Assembly (NCBI GenBank): GCA_043807085.1
Contig: JAZDGI010000013.1
Coordinates: 1,607 to 65,606 of the forward strand
Direction: 5' to 3'
Source: a bacterium
GTDB lineage: Bacteria; Patescibacteriota; Minisyncoccia; Minisyncoccales; JAZDGI01
Length of the DNA stretch: 64,000 nt
Shown: positions 30,858-41,038 of the stretch, in pieces
Layout of the letters: each line of letters begins with the position of its first letter
Numbering within the stretch: position 1 is the first letter of the stretch
The notes under the pieces: generated by a model
What the model was told of the DNA's origin: nothing
The model's database searches: none
What the model saw: the letters and a program-made list of their open reading frames with translations, nothing else
Translations under genes and position numbers: made by a program

Positions 30858-32096
30858 ATGCCAAAAAAGATAATTGATATTATGCCTCCGGGAATAGAAA
30901 GCTCCGGCCGTAAAAAAAAATCGGCCGAGGTTTTGCCAGAAAGCGGAGCAAAGCCGTCTTTTAAGATATTTTTTAGCAAAAAATTCTATTTAATAATCGC
31001 TTTTTTGGCGTTGGCGGGAGCCGCGGCTTTTTTTAGCCAAAGCCGGGCTGAAATAAGAATTTTTCCGGCAACGGAAGATTTGACCTTTGAAACAAAATTA
31101 AGCGTAGCCAGCAACGGCTTGGCAGAGTTGGCCGGCGTTATTTTTGAAGAAGAAAAGACGGTGACGAAAGAATTCTTAGCTACCGGGAAAAAAGTCATAG
31201 AAAAGAAAGCTGAAGGCACGATCAGGATTTATAACAATTATCATTCAAGTCAGGCATTAGTGGCGAACACTCGGCTGCAGGCTACTTTGGAAAAATTTCA
31301 GCCAGCTTTGGAAAAAGACGAGAAGCCGTGGTTCAGAATTGTATCAGCGGTCACGATTCCGGCCAAGAGTTATGTTGACGTCAAGGTTGTCGCTGACAGT
31401 TCCGGCGAAAAATACAATATCAAGTCTTCAAAGTTTTCCGTTCCTGGATTAGCGGGAACCCCTCAATATACCCTGATTTACGGCGAATCGTTTCAGGATT
31501 TCCAAGGAGGGAGTCGAAAAGAAAGCCCTCAAATTTCAGCCGCTGACCTGGCAAAAGCAAAAGATGAAATTTCTCAAATAGCCAAAGAGGCAAGCGTATC
31601 CCAGCTTAAAGAAAAGATTCCGGCCGATTTTACCTATTTTGAGGACGCTTTTAAGACAGAAGCTTTAGAAACATTTTCTATTTCTAAGGCGCTTGACGAA
31701 TCGGAAAAATTCAATTATCAGGCCAAAGCCAAAGCAAAAACCATGGCTGTTAAAAAAACCGACTCGGATAATTTTGCCAAAGAATTTGTTCTTTCTGAAA
31801 TCGGAGACAAAAAAATTGACGAAAAAAATCTAAAAATCAATTATTCTTTATATTCAATTGATAACCAGTTGAACAAAATGATGCTGGCGCTTGACATAGA
31901 TTCAATAGTTTACTCCCTGGGCGGCGATGAGGATTTGTTGAAAAAAAATCTTTCCGGGAAATCTCTGGCCGACGCTAAATATTTCCTGGAAAATCAGTCA
32001 GGGAGCATAAAAGAGGCAAAAATTAAAGTCTGGCCGTTTTGGGCGAACTCTCTTCCAAAAGACTTGACCAAAATAAAGATTTTTGTTAATATCTAA
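30858..32096 (+). CDS. Single-pass membrane protein, possibly with a baseplate-J-like domain
   Basis: ATG 30858 after TATAAT; one TM segment; [24 protein letters not shown] motifs. Confidence 0.65.
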   Translation: MPKKIIDIMPPGIESSGRKKKSAEVLPESGAKPSFKIFFSKKFYLIIAFLALAGAAAFFSQSRAEIRIFPATEDLTFETKLSVASNGLAELAGVIFEEEKTVTKEFLATGKKVIEKKAEGTIRIYNNYHSSQALVANTRLQATLEKFQPALEKDEKPWFRIVSAVTIPAKSYVDVKVVADSSGEKYNIKSSKFSVPGLAGTPQYTLIYGESFQDFQGGSRKESPQISAADLAKAKDEISQIAKEASVSQLKEKIPADFTYFEDAFKTEALETFSISKALDESEKFNYQAKAKAKTMAVKKTDSDNFAKEFVLSEIGDKKIDEKNLKINYSLYSIDNQLNKMMLALDIDSIVYSLGGDEDLLKKNLSGKSLADAKYFLENQSGSIKEAKIKVWPFWANSLPKDLTKIKIFVNI

Positions 32097-32320
32097 TGGT
32101 GAATCAAAACCCCAAGGCTTTTAGGGCGTCAGGAACCGTAATCGAGGCTTTACCGAGCACTAATTTCAAAGTGAAGCTGGATGACGGGAGGGAGGTTTTT
32201 TGCCATTTAGCCGGAAGACTGAGAATGTTCCGGATTAAAATTTTGCCCGGGGATAGGGTTCAGATTGAGATGACGCCGTACGATGAGACAAAGGGTAGGA
32301 TAGTCTATCGCGGCAGGTAA
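32096..32320 (+). CDS. infA: Translation initiation factor IF-1
   Basis: [23 protein letters not shown]. Confidence 0.97.
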   Translation: MVNQNPKAFRASGTVIEALPSTNFKVKLDDGREVFCHLAGRLRMFRIKILPGDRVQIEMTPYDETKGRIVYRGR

Positions 32321-32334
32321 TTCGTATTTGAAGT

Positions 32335-32448
32335 ATGAAAGTTAGGCCATCAATAAAAAAGATTTGCAGTCATTGCAAAATTGTTCGCCGAAAAAGGCGA
32401 ATTTATGTAATTTGCAAAAATCCTAAACATAAACAGCGCCAAGGATAA
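32335..32448 (+). CDS. rpmJ: 50S ribosomal protein L36 (not in ORF track)
   Basis: [37 protein letters not shown]. Confidence 0.97.
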   Translation: MKVRPSIKKICSHCKIVRRKRRIYVICKNPKHKQRQG

Positions 32449-32452
32449 AATT

Positions 32453-32842
32453 ATGCCAAGAATCGGCGGGGTGAACATCCCCGACAACAAACAAATAGAA
32501 TTTGCTTTAACTTATATTTACGGCATAGGCCGCTCTTTAAGCAGAAAAATTTTAAGCGCGGTCAAGGTTGATCCGGCGGCTCGCGCCAAAGATCTTACCG
32601 CTGACCAAATAAATCAGCTGAAAGATTTTATTGAAAAAAAATATAAAACAGAAGGAGATCTTCGGCGTGAAATAATGGCCAACATAAAAAGATTAAAAGA
32701 CATTTCAGCTTGGCGGGGGTTGCGTCATATGAGAAAATTGCCGGTCAGGGGACAGAGGACGCGGACCAATACCAGGACTGTGAGGGGAAATGTCCGCAAA
32801 ACAGTGGGGTCGGGCCGCAAACCGGCGGCCGAGCCGACGTAA
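32453..32842 (+). CDS. rpsM: 30S ribosomal protein S13
   Basis: ALTYIYGIG, LPVRGQRTRTN. Confidence 0.98.
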   Translation: MPRIGGVNIPDNKQIEFALTYIYGIGRSLSRKILSAVKVDPAARAKDLTADQINQLKDFIEKKYKTEGDLRREIMANIKRLKDISAWRGLRHMRKLPVRGQRTRTNTRTVRGNVRKTVGSGRKPAAEPT

Positions 32843-32849
32843 AACATTT

Positions 32850-33290
32850 ATGGGTAAAAAGCATGTAATTGCGCAGACTCAAGAAGACCTGTTGAAAGAA
32901 AAAGATAAAGTGGTAAAGCAGCAAACAGCCGCTCCTAAAATTCAAATTCAGGAGGGGCGAATTTATATTTTTTCATCTTATAACAACACTATTATGAACC
33001 TGACCGATCCGCGGGGCAATAGCTTGTTTTGGGTAAGTTCTGGTTCAATTGGTTTTAAGGGAAGCAAAAAATCCACGCCTTTCGCCGCTTCAAAAGTCGC
33101 TGAAATGGTGTCGGAAGCCGCTAAAAAATTGGGAGTGAAAGAAATAAAAGTTTTTGTAAAGGGAATCGGATCGGGAAGAGAGTCGGCTATCAGGTCTTTG
33201 GCGGCTAGGGGACTGGAAATAATTTCAATTAAAGATATCACTCCGATGCCTCACAACGGGTGCCGACCGCCCAAAGTAAGGCGCGTTTAA
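32850..33290 (+). CDS. rpsK: 30S ribosomal protein S11
   Basis: SYNNT, KSTPFAA, DITPMPHNGCRPPK. Confidence 0.98.
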   Translation: MGKKHVIAQTQEDLLKEKDKVVKQQTAAPKIQIQEGRIYIFSSYNNTIMNLTDPRGNSLFWVSSGSIGFKGSKKSTPFAASKVAEMVSEAAKKLGVKEIKVFVKGIGSGRESAIRSLAARGLEIISIKDITPMPHNGCRPPKVRRV

Positions 33291-33302
33291 TCATATATTT
33301 TT

Positions 33303-33932
33303 ATGCAAAGTTCACTTTGTCAAACTTGCCGCCGTTCTGGGATTAAACTCTTTTTGAAGGGCGAGCGTTGCGTTACGGCAAAATGCGCGATCATAAAAAG
33401 GCATGACCCGCCGGGTCCTAGAAAAAAAAGGCGGCCAGCTCCGCTTTCTGAATACGGGAAACAGCTCAGAGAAAAGCAAAAGTTAAAAAATTGGTATAAT
33501 TTAAGAGAGCAGCAGCTATCAAACTACGTAAAGGCGGCTCTCAAAAAGAGGGGCAGTTCCGAGGATCCGATAGTCTTATTAATTAAAACTTTGGAAGGTC
33601 GTTTAGATAATGTGATTTTCCGTTTAGGGTTTGCCATTTCTCGCAAGATGGCAAAGCAAATGGTTACCCACGGACTTTTTTTAGTTAACGGGAAGCCGGC
33701 TAATATCCCTTCGTATCAAGTAAAAAAGAGCGATATCGTTTCGGCAAAGGCTGCTAAAATAAAAAAATCAATTTTCCAGAAGATATCAGGTCAGCTGAAA
33801 AAACACAAAGCTCCTTCTTGGCTTGAATTAAACGCGGAAAAATGGGAAGGGAAAGTTGTTTCAGATCCCATAGCCGATACGGCCGAGCTGCCAGCGGAAA
33901 TATCCTCAATTTTTGAATTTTATTCGCGATAA
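33303..33932 (+). CDS. rpsD: 30S ribosomal protein S4
   Basis: LFLKGERC, SEYGKQLREKQK, LEGRLDN, EFYSR. Confidence 0.98.
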   Translation: MQSSLCQTCRRSGIKLFLKGERCVTAKCAIIKRHDPPGPRKKRRPAPLSEYGKQLREKQKLKNWYNLREQQLSNYVKAALKKRGSSEDPIVLLIKTLEGRLDNVIFRLGFAISRKMAKQMVTHGLFLVNGKPANIPSYQVKKSDIVSAKAAKIKKSIFQKISGQLKKHKAPSWLELNAEKWEGKVVSDPIADTAELPAEISSIFEFYSR

Positions 33933-33962
33933 TAAATATAATCACCTAATAATTATAATTTT

Positions 33963-34739
33963 ATGATATCATTGCCGCTCAAGCCAAAAATTATCAAAAG
34001 AGACGGAAATCGGGCAGTTTTTGAAATTGAAGCCCTTTATCCGGGATACGGGGTTACTATAGGGAATTCAATGAGAAGGATTCTTCTTTCTTCTCTGGAG
34101 GGCGCCGCGGTTACTCAAATGAAAATCAAAAACGTTCCGCACGAATTTTCAACTATCGCTGGGATAATAGAGGACGCGGTCACGATTATGCTTAATTTGA
34201 AGCAGTTAAGATTTAAAATTTTCAGCCCCGAGCCCCAAAAGGCGGTTTTAAAAGCAAAAGGCGAAAAAAGAGTAAAAGGTTCTGATTTTGAAATTCCGGC
34301 CCAATTGGAGCTAGTAAATCCCGATTGCCACATTGCGACATTAACCCAAAAATCGGCCGAGCTGGAAATAGAGATTTTGGTTGAAAAAGGGATAGGTTAT
34401 TCGCCCAGAGACGGAAGAAAGAAGCAGGAAAAGGTGGAGATTGGAACTATTCCGGTTGACGCAATTTTTACGCCGATAAAGAGGGTGGGGTTTCGGGTGG
34501 AAAATATGAGAGTGGGAGAGCGAACAGATTTTGATCGGCTTTTTTTGGAAATTGAAACCGACGGCGTAGTCGCGCCCGAGGATGCTTTCTCGCAAGCGGC
34601 TGAAATCCTGCTTAATCATTTTTCGCTGTTTGCCGAGGCGTTTAAGAAAGAGCCCAAAACAGAGTCAGCTGGAACCGTTGCCAAGAAAAAACCATTAAAG
34701 AAAAAAAATGAGAAAAAGAAAAAGGGGAAGAAGGCTTAG
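33963..34739 (+). CDS. rpoA: RNA polymerase alpha subunit lacking a recognisable alpha-CTD
   Basis: GYGVTIGNSMRRILLSS, HEFSTI, VENMRVG; ends at 258 aa. Confidence 0.95.
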   Translation: MISLPLKPKIIKRDGNRAVFEIEALYPGYGVTIGNSMRRILLSSLEGAAVTQMKIKNVPHEFSTIAGIIEDAVTIMLNLKQLRFKIFSPEPQKAVLKAKGEKRVKGSDFEIPAQLELVNPDCHIATLTQKSAELEIEILVEKGIGYSPRDGRKKQEKVEIGTIPVDAIFTPIKRVGFRVENMRVGERTDFDRLFLEIETDGVVAPEDAFSQAAEILLNHFSLFAEAFKKEPKTESAGTVAKKKPLKKKNEKKKKGKKA

Positions 34740-35058
34740 CTTAAAAACGGATCAAAGAAAAGCGCTTTTGCGTTCTTTGGCCAGTTCTCTTTTTTTGAAA
34801 GAGAAAATCACGACTACTTACGCCCGGGCAAAAGAGTTGGCTATTTTTGCTGAAAAACAAATAACAAGAGCAAAGATCGGCGACCTTTCCGGTCGAAGGA
34901 GGCTTGCCGAGAAATTTTCTGAAAATATTGTAAAAAAGCTGATTAAAGAATTTGCGTTAAGGTACAAGGAAAGAAAAGGCGGCTATACCAGGATTATCAA
35001 CTTAGGCCCCAGAAAAAGCGACGGAGCGAAAATGGCCATTATTGAGCTGATTAAATAA
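34708..35058 (+). CDS. rplQ: 50S ribosomal protein L17
   Basis: KITTT.ARAKE, GGYTRI, DGAKMAIIEL. Confidence 0.97.
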   Translation: MRKRKRGRRLSLKTDQRKALLRSLASSLFLKEKITTTYARAKELAIFAEKQITRAKIGDLSGRRRLAEKFSENIVKKLIKEFALRYKERKGGYTRIINLGPRKSDGAKMAIIELIK

Positions 35059-35405
35059 TGAAACGTGAAACTCGTACAATTGACGCAACGGGCGTGGTAT
35101 TAGGCAGACTAGCAAGTGAAATCGCGGTTTTATTGCGCGGCAAATACCGGCCCGATTTTTATCCCTATAAGGATATGGGAGATATTGTCATTGTGAAGAA
35201 TGCGGATAAAATGAAAATAACCGGCAACAAGCTTGAGCAAAAAAAATATTTCCGCCATTCCGAATGGCTTGGCAGCTCAAAAGAAATTTCTTTGAAGGAC
35301 GTCCTTAAGAAAAATCCAGGAGACGCTTTAAGAAGGGCTGTATTGGGTATGTTGCCAAAAAATAAATTGCAAGACAAAATGATAAAGAGGCTAAAATTTG
35401 AATAA
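35058..35405 (+). CDS. rplM: 50S ribosomal protein L13 (short)
   Basis: IDA.G.VLGRLAS, GMLPKN. Confidence 0.95.
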   Translation: MKRETRTIDATGVVLGRLASEIAVLLRGKYRPDFYPYKDMGDIVIVKNADKMKITGNKLEQKKYFRHSEWLGSSKEISLKDVLKKNPGDALRRAVLGMLPKNKLQDKMIKRLKFE

Positions 35406-35408
35406 AAA

Positions 35409-35846
35409 ATGGTTACTAAGAAAATTTCAGCAAAAAAAATTGAAGCGGAAAAGCCGGGCAAATATTTTGGAGCGACAGGCCGCCGGAAAACCGCTACGGC
35501 CAGGGTCCGTATTTTCACTAAAAACGGCAAGTTTTTTTTGGTTAATAAAAAACCGGCAGAAAAATATTTTTCTACCCTGGAGCTTCAGCGGGTAGTTAAG
35601 GCCGCGTTGGAAAAGATGGATTGCCTTGATAAATTTAGCGTTGAAGCCTTAGTAAGAGGCGGCGGACTTCATGCTCAAGCGGAAGCCATAAGGCATGGTC
35701 TGGCCAGAGCTTTGGTTTTGTTTGACGCCAGCTTCAGGCCGCAATTAAAAAGGGCCGGTTATCTGAAAAGAGACCCCAGGATGCGGGAGAGAAAGAAATT
35801 CGGCCTAAAAAGGGCAAGGCGTGCGCCTCAATTTTCAAAGCGGTAA
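35409..35846 (+). CDS. rpsI: 30S ribosomal protein S9
   Basis: TGRRKTA.ARV, ERKKFGL..ARRAPQFSKR. Confidence 0.98.
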   Translation: MVTKKISAKKIEAEKPGKYFGATGRRKTATARVRIFTKNGKFFLVNKKPAEKYFSTLELQRVVKAALEKMDCLDKFSVEALVRGGGLHAQAEAIRHGLARALVLFDASFRPQLKRAGYLKRDPRMRERKKFGLKRARRAPQFSKR

Positions 35847-35863
35847 GCATCAGCGTATCGGCG

Positions 35864-36562
35864 TTGAGTATTATGCTCAGGGAATTTATAGATAAATTTT
35901 ATTTGGAGAAAGAAAGATCTAAAGAACAGCGCCATTTTTATATTACGGACGCCGGGAAATGCCCTCGGGCGATTTTTTTTAAATTCAAAAACGCTCCCCG
36001 TAAGGAAATGGAGGCTAACATTTTAAGGATGTTTGATCACGGGGACCATATCCACCAGATGATTATGAAGCCCCTGCTTTCAATCCATGATATTCATGTG
36101 GTCGCCTCAGAAATAAATATTCCGCCTCAAGAGCTGATTTCAGGAAGAGCCGATGCTATAATTTCCGATGGCAAGGATTTATATGTTTTAGATATCAAAA
36201 GCATGAACTCCATGATTTTTCGGACTTTGGAATTTCCCAAAGAGGAAAACATCAATCAGCTTCAGCTTTATTTGCATTATTTTAGAATCCCTCAAGGGAT
36301 TTTGCTGTACGTCAGCAAAGACAATCAGGAATTGAAAGAATTTTTAGTGAAGTACGACAGAGATCGATCTGAAAAGCTTATTGCTAATTTAGCCGATCTA
36401 AAAAACAAAATTAATTCCGATATTGTTCCTGACAGAATTTCCGGATATTCGGACGATTGGCAGTGCAGATACTGCCAGTTTAGAGAAATTTGCCAAATGG
36501 CGGGTTCCGGGCAAATAGCCTGGTCCAATTTCAAAGATCGCGTCGTTAGCGTCTCTGCTTGA
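35864..36562 (+). CDS. Solo Cas4-like PD-(D/E)XK nuclease with 4-Cys Fe-S motif
   Basis: GKCPR, GDHIH, SGRAD, DIKS, QLQLY, CRYCQFREIC. Confidence 0.85.
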   Translation: MSIMLREFIDKFYLEKERSKEQRHFYITDAGKCPRAIFFKFKNAPRKEMEANILRMFDHGDHIHQMIMKPLLSIHDIHVVASEINIPPQELISGRADAIISDGKDLYVLDIKSMNSMIFRTLEFPKEENINQLQLYLHYFRIPQGILLYVSKDNQELKEFLVKYDRDRSEKLIANLADLKNKINSDIVPDRISGYSDDWQCRYCQFREICQMAGSGQIAWSNFKDRVVSVSA

Positions 36563-36564
36563 TT

Positions 36565-36586
36565 GAGCCGAACAGGCTCTTTTTTT
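36565..36586 (+). terminator. Intrinsic terminator
   Basis: GAGCC-GAACA-GGCTC followed by T7. Confidence 0.7.
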
Positions 36587-37820
36587 ATTTGAGCAAGGGC
36601 TCGGATTGGTAGAGAGAGTTAGAACTTAAAACGTAGAGTTTTTTGTCCGATTCGCTGAAAGATATTTCTGGATCTGGAAAGCTGGCGATATTCCAAAGTT
36701 GAATTCGGTCGCGACTGTTGGTTTCAGTCGCTATAATTTTTTCACCCGCGTTAAATATCAAATAATCCGGATTTAGCCAGAGAACATTGCCGATTTTTTC
36801 TGAAAACCGAGCTAAAAACAATTTTTCTCCGGCTTTTCTTTCTGGGCTGATAAGTATGTCCTGCAGGTAGAAAAGCCAAATTTCGGAATTTGAAGAAAAA
36901 ACCAGCTTTTTTTTGTCGGGAGAAATTTTGATACTTTCCAGCCCGTCAAAAAATTTTTCAAAAATACCCGAGTTTTTATTAAATAAATATAAGGTTTTGT
37001 CCTCTTGCAGGAATAAATAAGCGGAGAACTCTCTTAATTTGTATTCCGTTTCCTGCTTAATCGGGAAGGGTGTTTGGCTTAATTTGGTTTTTTGTTTGAA
37101 AAGATAGCCGGCATCGTCAAGGTAATAAATTTCATCTTCTGAAAGAGTATCGGACGCAGCTTCTTTCAGAAGGGGAGAGGTATTGTCTATTTTCAGGACG
37201 AATTTTTTCTCCTGTTCTTTTGTCCCTACGTAAAGGTAAGCCTCTTTGGAGCCTGGCGACCATTCCAGATTCATCAGATCGGCTCCTTTTGAAGATATGT
37301 CTTTTTCAAAAATAAGATGACTTTTTATATTTGTTTCCAGCGAATACAATTTTAATCCCCAGCTCATAGTTTTGTTAGCTGCGGGTTCATAAATAATGAT
37401 TTTCTTTCCGTCGGGAGAAATCCAAAAATCGTTGGCTGTTTTAGTTATGCTGGCGAATTGAACGTTGGAGGGAAACAGAACAACTCCTTTGGCTTCGGCC
37501 ACTTCTTTTGGTCTGACTTCCATGGTTTTTCGCCAGGACAAAAACCCCTCTTTTTTTATTTCTACAGCGTATGATTTGGGCAAAAGATTTTTAATCAAAA
37601 CAGAGCCGAAGAAAAAATCTGTTTTTTGGACCAATTTTTGATCTAGATAGATTTCGGCTTGCTTTGGATGGGTTTTTATAAAAATGCCGCCAACTTGAGT
37701 AATTATTTTTTTTTGAAAATCAAAGCGATAGCCCTGTGAATGGAAAACAATCGCCGGCGCTATCAGAAAAAACAGAGCCACCATGGTCAAAAAGAGGATT
37801 GTCCGTTTTCTTTTAGTCAT
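36585..37820 (-). CDS. PEGA-domain membrane-anchored protein with propeller-like repeats
   Basis: N-terminal TM, GYRFD, P..AEIYLD, Y.VEIKKEGF..W, SPDGKK repeats. Confidence 0.8.
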   Translation of the reverse strand: MTKRKRTILFLTMVALFFLIAPAIVFHSQGYRFDFQKKIITQVGGIFIKTHPKQAEIYLDQKLVQKTDFFFGSVLIKNLLPKSYAVEIKKEGFLSWRKTMEVRPKEVAEAKGVVLFPSNVQFASITKTANDFWISPDGKKIIIYEPAANKTMSWGLKLYSLETNIKSHLIFEKDISSKGADLMNLEWSPGSKEAYLYVGTKEQEKKFVLKIDNTSPLLKEAASDTLSEDEIYYLDDAGYLFKQKTKLSQTPFPIKQETEYKLREFSAYLFLQEDKTLYLFNKNSGIFEKFFDGLESIKISPDKKKLVFSSNSEIWLFYLQDILISPERKAGEKLFLARFSEKIGNVLWLNPDYLIFNAGEKIIATETNSRDRIQLWNIASFPDPEISFSESDKKLYVLSSNSLYQSEPLLK

Positions 37821-37960
37821 TTAGTCATTATAGCAAAAATCGTTTTTGCCACAAAGTTGACAAAGCCCTGACATAGAGCGTCAAGCGCTCGGAACTGATA
37901 TTCATAAAATATCAGCCCCGAGCGCATTTTCTTTTTCCAAAAAATTGTTAGAATAATTAA

Positions 37961-39142
37961 ATGAGTATTTTTCCGAAAATTGAAAAAATTACGAGAGATG
38001 CGACGATATCGCATTTTTTATTGATGTTCGGCTACAAGCTTTACTCTTTTTATTTTCCTTTGTTTTTGGTCGCCAAAGGATTTTCTTTGGCTCAAGTCGG
38101 CTACACCAGTTTTTTAATCTATTTGCCTATTGCTATTTTCGCTCCGATTGCCGGATTTTTGAATCATAAAATAAATCCGGCCGTGCTTTCTTCAATCGGC
38201 ATTGCTGGCTATGGCATCCATGCCGCTGGAATGATTATATTTCCCAATTTTTTATCTTTTTATTTGCTTCAGGTAATTCTTGGAATATCGGCGGCTTTAT
38301 TTTTTGTAAGCTCCAGATCAATGCTAATGGGTTCCCATCTGGAAAATCACGATCAATCTTTCGCTTGGTTTTATTCGGCCAACACTTATGCGGCGGCCGT
38401 GTCGCCGGCTATCGGCGCGGTTTTAATATGGAAGTTCGGCTTTACCGGCGTTTTTATTCTAAGTTTAATTTTCCAGTTATTTAACGCAGTTTTTACTTTT
38501 AGCCGCCGAGGTCAGATTAGTCATCTAAGCAGCGGCATAAAAATAAAAGAAGTAGGCCGCAATTATTTGGACGCCGGCCGCGAGTTGAAAAAGAGAAATG
38601 CGTTGCCGTTTGTTTTGATTTCTTTTTTGGTTTTGGTTTTGGCCGGATTCAACAATACCTTTTTCGTTTTATTTTTAAAAAATCTTGGCTGGTCGCAAAA
38701 CTTAATTTTAGTTTTTAATTCCATTTTGTCTTTGGCCTTTTTGCCGATTTCTTTTTGGATAATCAAGCAAGTCGCCAGATTTAAGAGCGAGTTCAATATC
38801 TCTAGCGGCGGCCAGCTAGCCGGCATTTTCTCGGTTTTGCTGGGCGGACTGGCAGCTCTCCTTAATTTTTATTCCGCTTTTTTGATTATGCTCGGTCAGG
38901 CGGTCGGCGATTTAATATCTAGCTCGGGACGCAGCGGTCTTTTGTCGCTGAGGCTCAAAAAAAATCCGGAAGAATCAGCCGCGATAGACACGATTTTTTC
39001 TCCCTTGGCTACGGCTTTCGGGTCTTTAGCTGGCGGTTTGATCATCGGATTTTTAGGGTTTCCGTTGGTCTTTGTTGCCGGAGGGGTTTTGCTTTTCGGA
39101 GCAGGAACCATTGGCCGGCGATTTGCCAAAAAGCAAAAATAA
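37961..39142 (+). CDS. MFS transporter
   Basis: 393 aa with about 12 hydrophobic segments. Confidence 0.8.
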   Translation: MSIFPKIEKITRDATISHFLLMFGYKLYSFYFPLFLVAKGFSLAQVGYTSFLIYLPIAIFAPIAGFLNHKINPAVLSSIGIAGYGIHAAGMIIFPNFLSFYLLQVILGISAALFFVSSRSMLMGSHLENHDQSFAWFYSANTYAAAVSPAIGAVLIWKFGFTGVFILSLIFQLFNAVFTFSRRGQISHLSSGIKIKEVGRNYLDAGRELKKRNALPFVLISFLVLVLAGFNNTFFVLFLKNLGWSQNLILVFNSILSLAFLPISFWIIKQVARFKSEFNISSGGQLAGIFSVLLGGLAALLNFYSAFLIMLGQAVGDLISSSGRSGLLSLRLKKNPEESAAIDTIFSPLATAFGSLAGGLIIGFLGFPLVFVAGGVLLFGAGTIGRRFAKKQK

Positions 39143-39157
39143 AGCTAAAGTAGAGCC

Positions 39158-40156
39158 ATGAAAATAGGTATTGATTTAGGAACTTGCAACTCTTTAGTTT
39201 TTCTGCCCAAAAAAGGCGTGGTTTTAGAGGAACCGTCGGTTGTGGCAGTGACTATCGCCGAGAACAAGATTCTGGCCGTGGGCCAGCAGGCAAAAGAAAT
39301 GATGGGTAGGACTCCAGACACTATCAGGATTTACCGGCCATTAAGAGACGGCGTTATTGCCGATTTTAGAGTTACCTTGGCGATGATTAAGTATTTTATT
39401 GAAAAAGTTTCCGGCAGTTTCCGGTTCTTAAAACCGGAATTGCTGATCGGCGTGCCAGCCGGCATTACCTCTACAGAAAGAAGGGCGGTGATTGAAGCCG
39501 GGTTAATGGCCGGGGCTAAAGCGGTTTATTTGGTTAAAGAGCCGATTTTGGCCGCTATCGGGGCAGGGGTGCCGATTAATTCGTGTGTTGGCAATATGAT
39601 TGTTGACATTGGCGGCGGAACTTCGGAGGTCGCTGTAATTTCTCTGGGCGGAATAGTTACCTTTCATTCGCTTCGCGTGGCCGGCGACAAAATGGACGCC
39701 GCCATTACCGAATACATCAGAAAAAAACATAATTTAGCCATCGGCGAGCAAACGAGCGAAGATGTAAAGATAAAAATTGGCACGGCATTGCCGGAAAAAG
39801 AAAATAGGGTTTTAGAAATAAGGGGCAGGGATTTGGTGCTTGGCTTGCCTCGTAACATCAAAATTTCTTCCAATGAAATCTGCGAGGCGGTTTCCGACAC
39901 CCTGTCTGAAATCATTCAGGCTGTCAAAATCGTTTTGAGAGAAACGCCGCCAGAGCTTTCCGCCGATATTATGGACAAAGGAATGGTTTTGTCGGGCGGC
40001 GGAAGCTTGTTAAGGAATCTTCCCGCTTTGGTGGCAAAATCCACCGGCGTGCCTTGTTCTTTGGCCGAAGACGCTTTGTTCTGCGTGGCTAAAGGAACTG
40101 GAGCTGTTCTGGAGAACTTGGATATTTATAAAAAGAGCATAATGGTAAAAAAATAA
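39158..40156 (+). CDS. mreB: MreB/Mbl actin-like protein (copy 1)
   Basis: IDLGT, EPSVVA, DIGGGTSE, LSGGGSLL. Confidence 0.95.
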   Translation: MKIGIDLGTCNSLVFLPKKGVVLEEPSVVAVTIAENKILAVGQQAKEMMGRTPDTIRIYRPLRDGVIADFRVTLAMIKYFIEKVSGSFRFLKPELLIGVPAGITSTERRAVIEAGLMAGAKAVYLVKEPILAAIGAGVPINSCVGNMIVDIGGGTSEVAVISLGGIVTFHSLRVAGDKMDAAITEYIRKKHNLAIGEQTSEDVKIKIGTALPEKENRVLEIRGRDLVLGLPRNIKISSNEICEAVSDTLSEIIQAVKIVLRETPPELSADIMDKGMVLSGGGSLLRNLPALVAKSTGVPCSLAEDALFCVAKGTGAVLENLDIYKKSIMVKK

Positions 40157-40162
40157 CCTTTT

Positions 40163-41014
40163 GTGGTTTTAGGCCATCAAAAACAACTTCAATTTTTGAA
40201 AAAAAGCGCCGAGTCGGATAGGCTGGCCCATGCCTATCTTTTTTCCGGTCCGGCGCAAATTGGTAAAAAAACAATTGCTAAAGAATGGGCTAGCCGGTTG
40301 CTTGGAGAAAATGTTCAGTCAGCGATTCAGCCCGATTTAATTTTACTTGAGCCAGATCCGGAAAGCGGGGAGATTGAAATCGGCCAAATTCGCGAGCTTA
40401 TCTGGAAGCTATCGTTAAAGCCGGCGGCTGCCGCTTTGAAAGTGGCGATTTTGAACGATTGTCACTTAATGAACCAGCATGCGCAGAACTGTTTCTTGAA
40501 AACGCTTGAAGAACCGAAAGGAGATACGGTTTTGATTTTAGTCACCGACAGGCCTCGGGTTTTACTGCCGACAATCGCTTCTCGTTGCCAGGAAATTAAA
40601 TTTTATCCGGTTGCCAGAAAAGAAATTGACAAATACCTTCTTCAAGCTGGCAAATCAGCTGACATTGCCGAAGAAATCGGCAAAATTGCGGCTGGTTTTC
40701 CCGGCAGGGCAATAGAGTTGGTTGAATTTCCCGAAAAATTAAACGATTATCGGGAAACCATGAAAGACATTGAAAAGATTCTAAATGGCAGTTTAGCCGC
40801 GCGTTTTCAATACGCCCAAAAAACCGCCGATAGAGAAGATTTGCTTGAGGTTTTAAAAATTTGGCTGGCTTATTTCCGCAACAACTTGATTTCCGGGGCT
40901 GGCGATAAGAAAATAAAAAATATCCTTCTGCGAATTCAAAAAATCTTTTTTTTGCTTTCCACCACCAACGTTAGCCGCCGTTTGGCCGTGGAAATTTTGA
41001 TGCTGGAATTGTGA
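40163..41014 (+). CDS. holB: DNA polymerase III delta' subunit
   Basis: HAYLFSGP..IGK, NCFLKTLEEP, LLPTIASRC. Confidence 0.9.
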   Translation: MVLGHQKQLQFLKKSAESDRLAHAYLFSGPAQIGKKTIAKEWASRLLGENVQSAIQPDLILLEPDPESGEIEIGQIRELIWKLSLKPAAAALKVAILNDCHLMNQHAQNCFLKTLEEPKGDTVLILVTDRPRVLLPTIASRCQEIKFYPVARKEIDKYLLQAGKSADIAEEIGKIAAGFPGRAIELVEFPEKLNDYRETMKDIEKILNGSLAARFQYAQKTADREDLLEVLKIWLAYFRNNLISGAGDKKIKNILLRIQKIFFLLSTTNVSRRLAVEILMLEL

Positions 41015-41038
41015 ACTGGTTTTTGTTATATTTAATAT

